A program made the position numbers and the translations under genes. Below, piece by piece: positions 38,337 through 47,734 of a stretch of DNA of 64,000 nucleotides. Source of the stretch: Thermoanaerobaculia bacterium (lineage in GTDB: Bacteria > Acidobacteriota > Thermoanaerobaculia > Multivoradales > Multivoraceae); the NCBI GenBank assembly GCA_963664405.1, contig OY761158.1:160001-224000 (forward strand). Reading direction: 5' to 3'. The notes under the pieces were generated by a model. It was given only the letters and a program-made list of their open reading frames with translations. It was not told where the DNA came from and searched no databases. The first letter of the stretch is position 1; each line of letters opens with the position of its first letter.

Positions 38337-39844
38337 GAGCCGGGACGCCCGCCGCCCCCGCCACGGCCACCGCCGCCGAAGGGGCTCTCACCGTTCTTGA
38401 TCTGTTCGATACGCTTTGCGATCTCTTCGTCCGAGAGACCTTGACCGCGCATCCGCTCCGTCATCCGCTCGATCATCTCCGGGGTCATCTGAGAGGGATC
38501 GAAGCCGCCTCCCCCGGGTCCTCCCGGGCCTCCACCCGGGCCTCGTTCACCGGCTGCGGCGCCTGCCCTTCGCTCCGGGGCCCCGCCGGCAGGAACCTCG
38601 CTCGACTCGGACCGCCCTCCTGGTCGACCCTGTCCCCCACTTCCCTGCCCGCGGCCACCGCTCGGGGAACCGCCGCCGGGCCCGGGCGGCGCCGAACTCG
38701 CCTGCTCGGAAAGGATGTAGATCGGCGTGCCATCGCTCAGGCTATCCTGTCCGAGGACCACGACCTGATCCCCCTCCTCTAAACCCTCGAGCACTTCGAC
38801 CATCTCTGCCTCGCTGTAGCCCAGTCGGACTTCGCGTCGCTCGGCGACCTCGCCCGACTTCACGTACACCGTGTCGCCGATACTCTCCAGGACGAGAGCC
38901 GACTTGGGAATCGCCAGAGCATCGGCACGCCGATCGGTCTCGAGAAAGACGCTGGCGAACATGCCGGGCCGTAGCTTGCTGCGGGTCTCTACCTCGAGGG
39001 TTACCTTCACGGTCCCAGTGGCACTATCGACGACCGGACTGATCCGCAGCACGGAGGCGTCGAAGCGTTCTTCCGGAAAGGCTTCGACGGTCAAATAGGA
39101 AGGCTGCCCGACCGCTAGGCGGGCAAGATCCTTCTCGGGCACCTGAATCGGCGTTTGGAGGGGATTGAAGTCCGAGATCCGAAAGAGCGGAGCCCCGTTC
39201 TGCAGGTGCTCGGCGAATTTGATGTAACGATTGACGATCACACCTCGGAAGGGCGCCTTGATGTCGGTGTACCCGAGCTGGACCTGATCCTCCTCCACTT
39301 GCGCCTGCGCCGCGTCGAAATTCGACTTCGCCTGATCATAGAGCTCGCGGCTCAGGATCTCGCTCTCGACCTGGGCCTTCGCCCGCTCGTAGGAAAGCTT
39401 GGCATCTTCGAGGTTGACCTCGGAAATGCGCAGACGAGCTCGAATCTCGTTGGGGTCGATGCGGGCGAGCAATTGCCCCTCCTGCACCAGCATCCCCTCT
39501 TCGACCAGAAGCTCGACGATCGGGCCACTGATTCGCGCTACCAGATCGACCTCGTTCTCCGCTTCGACGGTTCCATTGGTCTCCAGAAACTGGGCGACGA
39601 CCTGGCGCGTCGCAGCGAAAACCTCGACCGGAACGGCCGTGGCCGGGGTCTGCCCGCCGCCCCCGAAGCCCCCGCCAGGCCCTCCGCGGCCTCCGCCGCG
39701 TCCACCCCCGCCTCCGGGCCTCCCGCCGGGGGCGTCCGCATCGGCGGCTTCCGAATCACCGCCAAAGAATCCACATCCCACCATCGGTAGGGTCAGAATC
39801 AATACACTGCAGAGCGTGAGCTCGCTTGTTTTCTTCATCTTCAT
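38333..39844 (-). CDS. RND periplasmic adaptor (MFP) lipoprotein with Gly-rich extensions
   Basis: Lipobox MVGC, lipoyl/hairpin core (VEEG..VQEGQLLARID, IKAPF.G, LRPGMF). Start ATG 39844 (ATGA overlap). Confidence 0.92.
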   Translation of the reverse strand: MKMKKTSELTLCSVLILTLPMVGCGFFGGDSEAADADAPGGRPGGGGGRGGGRGGPGGGFGGGGQTPATAVPVEVFAATRQVVAQFLETNGTVEAENEVDLVARISGPIVELLVEEGMLVQEGQLLARIDPNEIRARLRISEVNLEDAKLSYERAKAQVESEILSRELYDQAKSNFDAAQAQVEEDQVQLGYTDIKAPFRGVIVNRYIKFAEHLQNGAPLFRISDFNPLQTPIQVPEKDLARLAVGQPSYLTVEAFPEERFDASVLRISPVVDSATGTVKVTLEVETRSKLRPGMFASVFLETDRRADALAIPKSALVLESIGDTVYVKSGEVAERREVRLGYSEAEMVEVLEGLEEGDQVVVLGQDSLSDGTPIYILSEQASSAPPGPGGGSPSGGRGQGSGGQGRPGGRSESSEVPAGGAPERRAGAAAGERGPGGGPGGPGGGGFDPSQMTPEMIERMTERMRGQGLSDEEIAKRIEQIKNGESPFGGGGRGGGGGRPGS

Positions 39845-42800
39845 GCTGCTCTCACCAATCGCTTCATAAAAAGCATTGCGTCGTCGATCAGAGAATAGAT
39901 CGTCGGAATAATCATCAAGGTCAAGAAAGTCGAGGTGGTCAATCCACCGAGGATGATCAGGCCTATCGGCGCCCAAGTCGCGGCTCGACCCTCCATGTGC
40001 CCGAATACGCCGGGTAGGAAGTAAGGCGCCACCATCGGTGAAAGACCGAGAATCGTGGTCACCGCGGTCATCACGATCGGCCGGAGACGGTTGCGGCCCC
40101 CTTGGACAATGGCCTCCGTGCGTCCCAGCCCCGTCTTGCGGAGGTGGTTGACATGGTCGATGAGGACAATGGCGTTGTTGACCACGATTCCGGCCAGAAT
40201 GATCAACCCCATCTCGCTCGAGTTACCCTTTGGCTGGTGTGCAAGCTTCATGATCACGCCGACGCCGATGAAGGCGAAGGGCACCGAGAAGAGAATAGTC
40301 AGGGGTTGGAGAAAGTTCTCGAACAGCGAGGCCATGATCATGTAGATCAGGGCCAAGGCGAAGAGCAAGGCGAAAGCGGAGTTCTGCTCTTCTTGCTGGG
40401 CGAATCGGAAGCTTCGGCCGAGGCTCCAACCGTAGCCTGGCGGTAGGCTGAGGTTGCCGAGAAAGCTGGAGACGATGCCCATCATCGCGAAGGAGGGGGT
40501 GTTGCCTCCGGTCTCCATCGTGATCGTCAGCTTGGAGCTGCGGTTCTCCCTGTCGATCGTCCTCGGGCCAGGAACCGTCTTGAAGCTGGCCAAACTGCCG
40601 ATCGGAAGCGACGCGTCCGCGGTGCGGATGTTCATTTTCTTTAGCTGGTCCAGCGTCTCGCGGTCCTCCTCGCGATACTGAACCACCATACCGATCTCCT
40701 TGTCTTCGCCCTTGAAGTAGGTCACGGGGCGGGTGGAGAGCGAGTTGTTGATGATGCGCGCGACAACCTCGCTTGAAAGCCCGACCTGGAGGGCCCGCTC
40801 ACGATTGACCTCTACGTGGATCTCTTCATCTCCACTCTCCAGCGAAGAGTCGACATCCTTGACAAAGGGCAGGTCGCGTAGACGCGTCATGAGCTCATCA
40901 CCCAGGTACTCGAGAATCGCGCCGTCGTCCCCGGAAAGCTCGATCTGCACGCCAGTCCTACTGCCACCGCGGGGTCCGCGCTGAGTGCGTCCGATCGTTG
41001 TCTTGACGCCTGCGATCACCGGCACCAAGGCCTCGATCCTCTCCTGCACTTCGAGAGTGGAAAGCTCCGCCTCTTCCTCCGGGGTAAGGAAGAACTCGAG
41101 GCGACTCCCCCCTCCCATGCGCGACATCTCGACGGCGCTCCCACGCTTGTAGCTGTAGGAGACATCTGCAATCTCGAGCTCTTCGCGATGACTGTCGAAG
41201 AGGTTGTAGAGCGTGGAGAAGAGCTCCTCCTTCTGTTCCACCGAGTAGTCGGTGGGAGTTCGAACCATCAGAGAGATCTGGCGCTCGAAAGACCGTTCCT
41301 CGATGGCCCGCCCGATGCCCTGGTAGAGATCGTAGGACCCCCAGAGCATAGCGATAACGATTAGGGAAAATGCCAGGCGATGGCGCAGCGTGAAGCCAAG
41401 CACTCCGCCATAAGCATCTACGACGCGATCGAAGAGTGGGTGCTCTCGATCCTTTCCACCCTTCAACAGGATCGCCGCGGTGGTTGGCACGATGGTCAGC
41501 GACACCAGTAGCGACGAGACCATGACGATCACCACCGTCAAGCCCATGCTCTTCATCTGATTGCTGAAAGGGTCGTTGCCACCGGAGAGAAAGATGAGAG
41601 GCACGAAGACACAGACCGTGGTCAGGGTCGAGCAGATAATGGGCATTGCCACTTCGCTCGCCCCTCTCAGCGCGGCAGTCTTCGCCTCTTCTCCCAGGGT
41701 CTGCCGATGCCGAACCACCGACTCGATGACGACAATCGAATTGTCGACGAGCATGCCGACTGCGAGCATGAGTCCCATCAGGCTCATCACGTTGAGGGTT
41801 ATATCGCCGAGCCCGGCCACGCGGTAGAGATACATGAAAACAAAAGTGAGCACCAACGAGAGTGGAATCGCCAGAGCCACCAGCAGGGTCATGCGGAGCC
41901 GGCGCAGAAATACGAGCATGAAAACAACGGCAAGGAAGCCACCGAAGATGCCCGTGTTACGCAACTGCTTCAGCCCCAGAGTCACGTCCTTGGACGCATC
42001 GTGGTAGACCTGGTAGCGCAGCCCCTGCGCCTCCGGGAGCTCCGCGATCGCCGCCATCTCCGCCTTGACCAGGTTGACCACCGCGAGCACGTTCGCGTTC
42101 GAAGCCTTGTTGATGCGAAATCCGAGCGATTCTTCACCGTTGACGTAGTTGTACTCTTCGCGCTCCGGATAGTCGTATTCGACAGTGGCAACATCGCCAA
42201 GCACCAGGCCGGCACCGTTCAGCGGTAGCTCCCGCAATGCCTCCACTCGATCGAGCTCACCGATGCTCCGTACCAGGAGCTTGCGACTCCCCTCACGAAT
42301 GTAACCGGCAGAGAGATTGACGTTGTTGATCTGTAGCAGGGTCACCAGATCCCGAACGCCGACACCGTGGGCCGCCATGCGAGAAGGAGACAGATTGACG
42401 TTGAGCTGGCGCGTCTGCAGCCCGCTCACCTCTACGAGAGCTATCCCCTCCAGGCGCTCGAGGCGACGCTGGATGACGTCTTCGGCGAATTCGTAGAGCC
42501 TCTCGTTCTCCCAATCCGCGGTGAGGTTGAAGCGCATGATCGGGATGTCCGAGCTCTGGAAGCGGCGGATGCGGATCTGCTCGAGGTCGTCAGGGAGGTC
42601 CTCCCGGACTCGATCGATACGATCGCGCACCTCTACCGTGGCCAGGTCCATCTCGGTACCCGCGACAAACTCGATATCGATCGAGGCCGCGTTGGCGGAC
42701 GCCCTTGCGGTCAGTCGCTCGATGCCGTTGATGGTGCCGAGGATGTCTTCCAGAGGTCTCACGATCTCGCGCTCGATCTCCTCCGGCGAGGACGAGTTGT

Positions 42801-42996
42801 AGGGCACCATGATCGAGAGGTTGGTTCTTGCGAAAGTCGGGAGGAACTCGAGCGGCAAGCGCATCAGCGACAGCCAGCCCATGACGAGCACGCCGAGGAC
42901 GATCATCCCCATCGTCACCCGCCGCTCGACCGCCAGTCGCACGATCGGATTGATCGGAACTGGGGCTTCGGCCGGCTGCTTAGGGCCTTCCTTCAC
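39841..42996 (-). CDS. RND efflux permease, subunit B2 (paralog of 42993-46133)
   Basis: ERRVTM, LEFLP, GMLVDNSIVV, GIVVNNAI and RLRPIVMT motifs. Start re-called to GTG 42996 (GTGA overlap). Confidence 0.95.
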   Translation of the reverse strand: MKEGPKQPAEAPVPINPIVRLAVERRVTMGMIVLGVLVMGWLSLMRLPLEFLPTFARTNLSIMVPYNSSSPEEIEREIVRPLEDILGTINGIERLTARASANAASIDIEFVAGTEMDLATVEVRDRIDRVREDLPDDLEQIRIRRFQSSDIPIMRFNLTADWENERLYEFAEDVIQRRLERLEGIALVEVSGLQTRQLNVNLSPSRMAAHGVGVRDLVTLLQINNVNLSAGYIREGSRKLLVRSIGELDRVEALRELPLNGAGLVLGDVATVEYDYPEREEYNYVNGEESLGFRINKASNANVLAVVNLVKAEMAAIAELPEAQGLRYQVYHDASKDVTLGLKQLRNTGIFGGFLAVVFMLVFLRRLRMTLLVALAIPLSLVLTFVFMYLYRVAGLGDITLNVMSLMGLMLAVGMLVDNSIVVIESVVRHRQTLGEEAKTAALRGASEVAMPIICSTLTTVCVFVPLIFLSGGNDPFSNQMKSMGLTVVIVMVSSLLVSLTIVPTTAAILLKGGKDREHPLFDRVVDAYGGVLGFTLRHRLAFSLIVIAMLWGSYDLYQGIGRAIEERSFERQISLMVRTPTDYSVEQKEELFSTLYNLFDSHREELEIADVSYSYKRGSAVEMSRMGGGSRLEFFLTPEEEAELSTLEVQERIEALVPVIAGVKTTIGRTQRGPRGGSRTGVQIELSGDDGAILEYLGDELMTRLRDLPFVKDVDSSLESGDEEIHVEVNRERALQVGLSSEVVARIINNSLSTRPVTYFKGEDKEIGMVVQYREEDRETLDQLKKMNIRTADASLPIGSLASFKTVPGPRTIDRENRSSKLTITMETGGNTPSFAMMGIVSSFLGNLSLPPGYGWSLGRSFRFAQQEEQNSAFALLFALALIYMIMASLFENFLQPLTILFSVPFAFIGVGVIMKLAHQPKGNSSEMGLIILAGIVVNNAIVLIDHVNHLRKTGLGRTEAIVQGGRNRLRPIVMTAVTTILGLSPMVAPYFLPGVFGHMEGRAATWAPIGLIILGGLTTSTFLTLMIIPTIYSLIDDAMLFMKRLVRAA

Positions 42997-45900
42997 GCCG
43001 TTCTCACGACTCGCTTCATGAACAGGACCACGTCGTCGACCAAAGAGTAGATCGTAGGAATGATCATCAAGGTCAGGAAGGTCGATGTCGTCAGTCCGCC
43101 GAGAATGATCAGCCCGATCGGCGCCCACATTGCCGCCCGGCCCTCGACTTGTCCGAACACCCCGGGAAGGAAGAAAGGGGCCACCATCGGTGATAGGCCG
43201 AGAATGGTGGTGACTGCAGTCATCACAATGGGCCTTAGGCGATTACGGCCGCCCTGGATGATGGCCTCGGTACGACCCAGGCCGGCTTTCCGTAGGTGAT
43301 TGACATGATCGATGAGGACGATAGCGTTATTGACCACGATCCCGGCCAGAATGATCAAGCCCATCTCGGTGGAGTTGCCCCGCGGCTGGCTGGCGATCTT
43401 CATCACCAGTCCGACCCCGATGAAGGCGAAGGGTATCGAAAAAAGAATGGTCAGCGGCTGCAAGAAGCTCTCGAATAGGGAGGCCATGATCATGTAGATC
43501 AGGAGCAGTGCAAAGAGCAGAGCGAAGGCCGAGTCCTCTTCATCCTGCTGCGCGTACATGAAGCTCCGCCCCATGCCCCAGCTGTAGCCAGGAGGCAAAC
43601 CGATACTGCCGAGGAAGCCGGAGACCGCGCCCATCATCCCGAACGAGGGGATATTGCCCTCTGTCTCGATAGAGATGCTGAGCTTGGACATCCGGTTCTC
43701 GCGCTCGATCCTCTTGGGACCAGGCACCGACTCGAAGCTCGCCAGACTCCCGATCGGGAGCGCAGTCTCTTCGGTGTGAATGTTCATCTTCTTGAGCTGT
43801 TCCAGCGTTTCGCGGTCTTCCTCGCGGTACTGCACCACCAACCCGATCTCTTTGTCTTCCCCCTTGAAGTAGGTGACCGGGCGGGTCGAGAGCGCGTCGT
43901 TGATGCTGCCCGCGACCATTTGGGTCGACAGGCCGGCCTGAAGTGCCCGCTCGCGATTCACCTCCACGTGAATCTCCTCGTCACCGCTCTCGAGAGACGA
44001 GCCGACGGCTCTCACAAAGGGCAGCTCTACCAGGCGATCCATTGCCTGCTCGCTCAAGTACTCGAGAATCGCACTGTCGTCGCCCGTGAGCTCGATCTCC
44101 ATCCCGCCCTTTCCGCCCCCCCGCCCTCGCATACTTCGCCCAACAGTGGTCTCGACCCCGGCCAGCACCGGCAGTATCTCGTCGATCTTGTCGCGAATCT
44201 CCAGGGTCGAGAGCTTCGCCTGTTCCTCCGGCAGGAGGAAGAGCTCGAAGCGACTGGAGCTCCCGTGGTAGGACTCCTTTCTGCTCCCTCGTCGGTAGCT
44301 GTAGGAGATATCCGCGATCTCGAGCTCTTCGCGCTTGCCATCGAAAAGTCTGTAGAGATCATCGAAAAGCGCCTCCTTCTGCTCGAGAGAGTAGCTTCGG
44401 GGGGTGCGAACCGCCAACGAGACCGAACGCTCGAACGACGGTATCTCCATCGTGCGCTCGATTCCCTGGTAGAGCTCGTAAGAGCCCCAGAGCATCAACA
44501 TCACGATCGAAGTGAAGGCGAGTCGATGCCTGAGGGTGAAGGCAAGCAGATGACCGTAGCCCAATACCACCCGGTCGAAGATGGGGTGCTTGCGCTCTCT
44601 CGACCCGGTGAGGAGTAGCGCTGCCGCCATCGGAATCACCGTCAAGGACACCAGCAGCGACGCCACCATTACGAGCACCACCGTCAAGCCCAGGCTTTTC
44701 ATCGAGTCGGCGAAGGGGTTGGTGCTGCTGCTGCTCAGAAAGATCATCGGCACGAACACACAAATGGTCGTCAAGGTCGAGCAGATGATCGGCATCGACA
44801 CCTCGCTCGCTCCTCGCAGGGCCGCGGTCTTGGGCTCTTCGCCAAGCGTCTGACGATGCCGCACCACCGACTCGATGACCACGATCGAGTTATCCACCAG
44901 CATCCCGACCGCCAGCATCAACCCCATCAGGCTCATCACGTTGAGAGTGATGTCGCCGAATCCGGCGATGCGATAGAGATACATCAAGACAAAGGTGAGC
45001 ACCAATGAGAGCGGTATGGCGAGGGCAACCAGGAGCGTCATGCGCACGCGACGCAAGAAGACCAGCATGAACACGACGGCGAGGAAGCCACCCAAGACGC
45101 CCGTATTGCGCAACTGGCTCAGTCCCTTGTTCACGTCCACTGAGGCATCGTGGTAGATCTGGTAGCTGAGCCCCTCCGCCTCGGGCAGCTGCTGAATCGC
45201 CGTCAGCTCCGCTTTCACTCCGTTCACCACCGCGAGTATGTTCGCGTTCGAAGTCTTGTTGATCCGGAGTCCCAGTGCCGGCTGGCCGTTGAGAAAGTCG
45301 TACTCCTCCATCAGCGGGTAGTCGTATTTCACATCCGCGACATCGGCGAGGGTGAGTCCGGCGGCATTGAGGGGGAGCTCACGCAGATCTTCGGCGCTGT
45401 CGAGCTCGCCGATGCTGCGGACCAGGAGCTTGCGGCTGCCTTCTCGGATATACCCGGCGGAGAGAGTGAGGTTGTTCTGCTGCAGGGTCGTCACCAGGTC
45501 CCGCACCCCGATACCGTGGGAGGCCATCCGCGAAGGCAAGAGATTGATCTCCAGCTGGCGGGTCTGCAACCCATAGACCCTGACCTGGGCAACTCCCTCT
45601 ATGCGCTCGACCCGCCGCTGAATCACCTCTTCGACGAACTCATTGAGGCGCTCCGCCTCCCATTCCGCGGTCAGGTTCGCGCGCAGGATCGGAATATCAG
45701 AGCTCTGAAATCGATGTATCCGGAACCGCTCAAAGTCGTCGGGAAGTTGGCCCCGAATGCGGTCCAGCCGATCGCGGACCTCCACCGCAGCCAGGTCCAT
45801 GTCGGTATCGCTGACAAATTCGAGTGATACCTCTCCGTAGCCGGCGGCAGCCCGCGCTGTCAATCGCTCGACTCCATTGATGGTTCCGAGAATGTCTTCC

Positions 45901-46133
45901 ATCGGCCGCACGATCATGCGCTCGACCTCCTCCGGCGAAGAGGAGTTGTAGGGAGCATTTACCGAAATATGTGTCGAGCCGAAGGTGGGCAAGAACTCCA
46001 GGGGGAGACGGAGCAGAGAGAGCCAACCCATGACCAGCACGCCAAGGACGATCATCGTCATCGTCACTCGCCGCTCGACCGCCACCCGAACGACGGGATT
46101 GATCGGGACGGGGGCCTCAGTAATCTTCGTCAT
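42993..46133 (-). CDS. RND efflux permease, subunit B1
   Basis: Same motifs as, and collinear with, 39841-42996. Confidence 0.95.
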   Translation of the reverse strand: MTKITEAPVPINPVVRVAVERRVTMTMIVLGVLVMGWLSLLRLPLEFLPTFGSTHISVNAPYNSSSPEEVERMIVRPMEDILGTINGVERLTARAAAGYGEVSLEFVSDTDMDLAAVEVRDRLDRIRGQLPDDFERFRIHRFQSSDIPILRANLTAEWEAERLNEFVEEVIQRRVERIEGVAQVRVYGLQTRQLEINLLPSRMASHGIGVRDLVTTLQQNNLTLSAGYIREGSRKLLVRSIGELDSAEDLRELPLNAAGLTLADVADVKYDYPLMEEYDFLNGQPALGLRINKTSNANILAVVNGVKAELTAIQQLPEAEGLSYQIYHDASVDVNKGLSQLRNTGVLGGFLAVVFMLVFLRRVRMTLLVALAIPLSLVLTFVLMYLYRIAGFGDITLNVMSLMGLMLAVGMLVDNSIVVIESVVRHRQTLGEEPKTAALRGASEVSMPIICSTLTTICVFVPMIFLSSSSTNPFADSMKSLGLTVVLVMVASLLVSLTVIPMAAALLLTGSRERKHPIFDRVVLGYGHLLAFTLRHRLAFTSIVMLMLWGSYELYQGIERTMEIPSFERSVSLAVRTPRSYSLEQKEALFDDLYRLFDGKREELEIADISYSYRRGSRKESYHGSSSRFELFLLPEEQAKLSTLEIRDKIDEILPVLAGVETTVGRSMRGRGGGKGGMEIELTGDDSAILEYLSEQAMDRLVELPFVRAVGSSLESGDEEIHVEVNRERALQAGLSTQMVAGSINDALSTRPVTYFKGEDKEIGLVVQYREEDRETLEQLKKMNIHTEETALPIGSLASFESVPGPKRIERENRMSKLSISIETEGNIPSFGMMGAVSGFLGSIGLPPGYSWGMGRSFMYAQQDEEDSAFALLFALLLIYMIMASLFESFLQPLTILFSIPFAFIGVGLVMKIASQPRGNSTEMGLIILAGIVVNNAIVLIDHVNHLRKAGLGRTEAIIQGGRNRLRPIVMTAVTTILGLSPMVAPFFLPGVFGQVEGRAAMWAPIGLIILGGLTTSTFLTLMIIPTIYSLVDDVVLFMKRVVRTA

Positions 46134-46174
46134 CAACGCATCTCTCGGGCAAGGAAGCGAGCGGCGAAGGGACG

Positions 46175-46690
46175 CTACTTGCGTCCCTCGCTGCCCTGGG
46201 CAGAGGCGTGCAAGCGCTCGGCCTGCTCCAGGTTACGAGCGTCGATCTTGGCCATCATCTCGTCGAAACGAAGCTTCTGCCGCGGATCCAGGAGATCCCG
46301 AATGTCGTGCCGAAAGGCGTCACGGATGTCGCAGTAGGCGTACCGAGAGCTCTCCCAGAACTCGTGGGCCTCATGTCTGTTCTCGCCCAGACTTTCTTCC
46401 AGCCGTGCGACTTGAGCCGCATCGAGAGCAAGCTCCTCGCTAAAACTGGAGAGCAGACGCCGATGCAGGCGCTTAGCGAAGGACCGGGGGTAGCCGGGCT
46501 CGTCCTCGATCGAGAGCGGACCTCTATCGTCGCAGATGAACCACATCGGAGCTTGCGCCTTCTGCGGCGAGGCGTCGGCGAAAACCGACTGCGGCTGGAG
46601 AAGCAGGCGGTCGACGATCACTCCCAAGCAGAGGCCCACCACCACCGCCAACCCGAGGGAGGACCACATCCAGTTCTTGGCGTTCACCAT
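46175..46690 (-). CDS. Periplasmic Spy/CpxP/heavy-metal-sensor-like helical protein
   Basis: N-terminal TM, 'EELALDAAQ', 'IRDLLDPRQKLRFDE' (LTXXQ-like), several His and two Cys. Confidence 0.7.
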   Translation of the reverse strand: MVNAKNWMWSSLGLAVVVGLCLGVIVDRLLLQPQSVFADASPQKAQAPMWFICDDRGPLSIEDEPGYPRSFAKRLHRRLLSSFSEELALDAAQVARLEESLGENRHEAHEFWESSRYAYCDIRDAFRHDIRDLLDPRQKLRFDEMMAKIDARNLEQAERLHASAQGSEGRK

Positions 46691-46704
46691 AGCCGTCTTC
46701 TCCC

Positions 46705-47139
46705 TCAGAGATCGCCCATGGCGATACGCAGCACCGGCTCCACTTCGGTGCTTTCTAGAGTCACGTCATCTACGCCGTTACCCACCGCAAGTCTCTCCAG
46801 CTGGACCAGCGGATCGATGCGATCATCAGAAATCCAAAGCACCGCCGCGGCGGTCACGACCGCGCTCACCGCAATCGGTATCAGGCGAAGGGCCACCCAT
46901 CGCCAAGGGGGAACAGCTCTTAGCGAAGCCAACATCTGGTCGCGACGCTGGCGAAAGCGCACCACAAAGAACGGATCTTCCCGGGCGACGTCCGCGGGAA
47001 CGCGCAACAGGTCGGAGATCTGGCTGAAGTCATCGATCTGTTTGGCCACCTCTGCCGACGCCTGGGTCTCTTCCCCCCGATCGGCACTCTCGCGATCGAA
47101 GATCACCGAGGCCAATGAATCACTCGTCTTTCGGTTCAT
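46705..47139 (-). CDS. Putative single-TM anti-sigma factor
   Basis: Overlaps the end of the ECF sigma gene; 'DPFFVVRF' followed by one TM segment. Confidence 0.6.
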   Translation of the reverse strand: MNRKTSDSLASVIFDRESADRGEETQASAEVAKQIDDFSQISDLLRVPADVAREDPFFVVRFRQRRDQMLASLRAVPPWRWVALRLIPIAVSAVVTAAAVLWISDDRIDPLVQLERLAVGNGVDDVTLESTEVEPVLRIAMGDL

Positions 47140-47704
47140 CCCCTGCCCCTTTCTTCAACAACTCCTGTGCTCGCGCCCGCAATCGGAGCCGGGCGCGATG
47201 GATCCGAATCTGCACCGTTCCCATCGGCCACCCCAGTACCTCTGCGATTTCGGCGTAGGTCATTCCCTCGATCTCTTTCAGCACCAGCGGGCGACGATAT
47301 TTCTCCGGAAGCTCGGCCAGATAGACCCCGAGTCGACGACCGAAATCGCGGTCCTCGAGACGTTGCTCCGGGCTCCCCGGCTCAGCCATCTGTCGGATCC
47401 TCTCCTCGCCCTCTTCCCCGGCGACCTCACGCTTCCGAGCTTTTCGCCGCAACTGGTCGTGGGCCCGATTGATGGCGATCCGATACAGCCAGCTGCGAAA
47501 GGCTTCGACGCGCCCCAAGGAGTCGAGACGCTGATAGGCCTGCAAGAAACTCTCTTGAGCAACATCCTCGGCGAGCATTCGGTCTCGGAGATAGCCATAC
47601 GCCAACTTCCTCAGCGGCACCTCGTAGCGCTTGACCAAGGCTTCGAAAGCACTCTCATCGCCTCCGCGGAAGCGAGTGACGAGCACTCCATCAGGGTCGG
47701 CCAA
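47120..47704 (-). CDS. ECF sigma-70 factor
   Basis: GDESAFEALVKRY, AEDVAQESF, FRSWLYRIAIN and region 4 'YAEIAEVLG.P.GTV..RIHRAR'. Confidence 0.93.
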   Translation of the reverse strand: MADPDGVLVTRFRGGDESAFEALVKRYEVPLRKLAYGYLRDRMLAEDVAQESFLQAYQRLDSLGRVEAFRSWLYRIAINRAHDQLRRKARKREVAGEEGEERIRQMAEPGSPEQRLEDRDFGRRLGVYLAELPEKYRRPLVLKEIEGMTYAEIAEVLGWPMGTVQIRIHRARLRLRARAQELLKKGAGDEPKDE

Positions 47705-47734
47705 AGCCTTCTCGCTCAGAACTACCGCTCGAGT

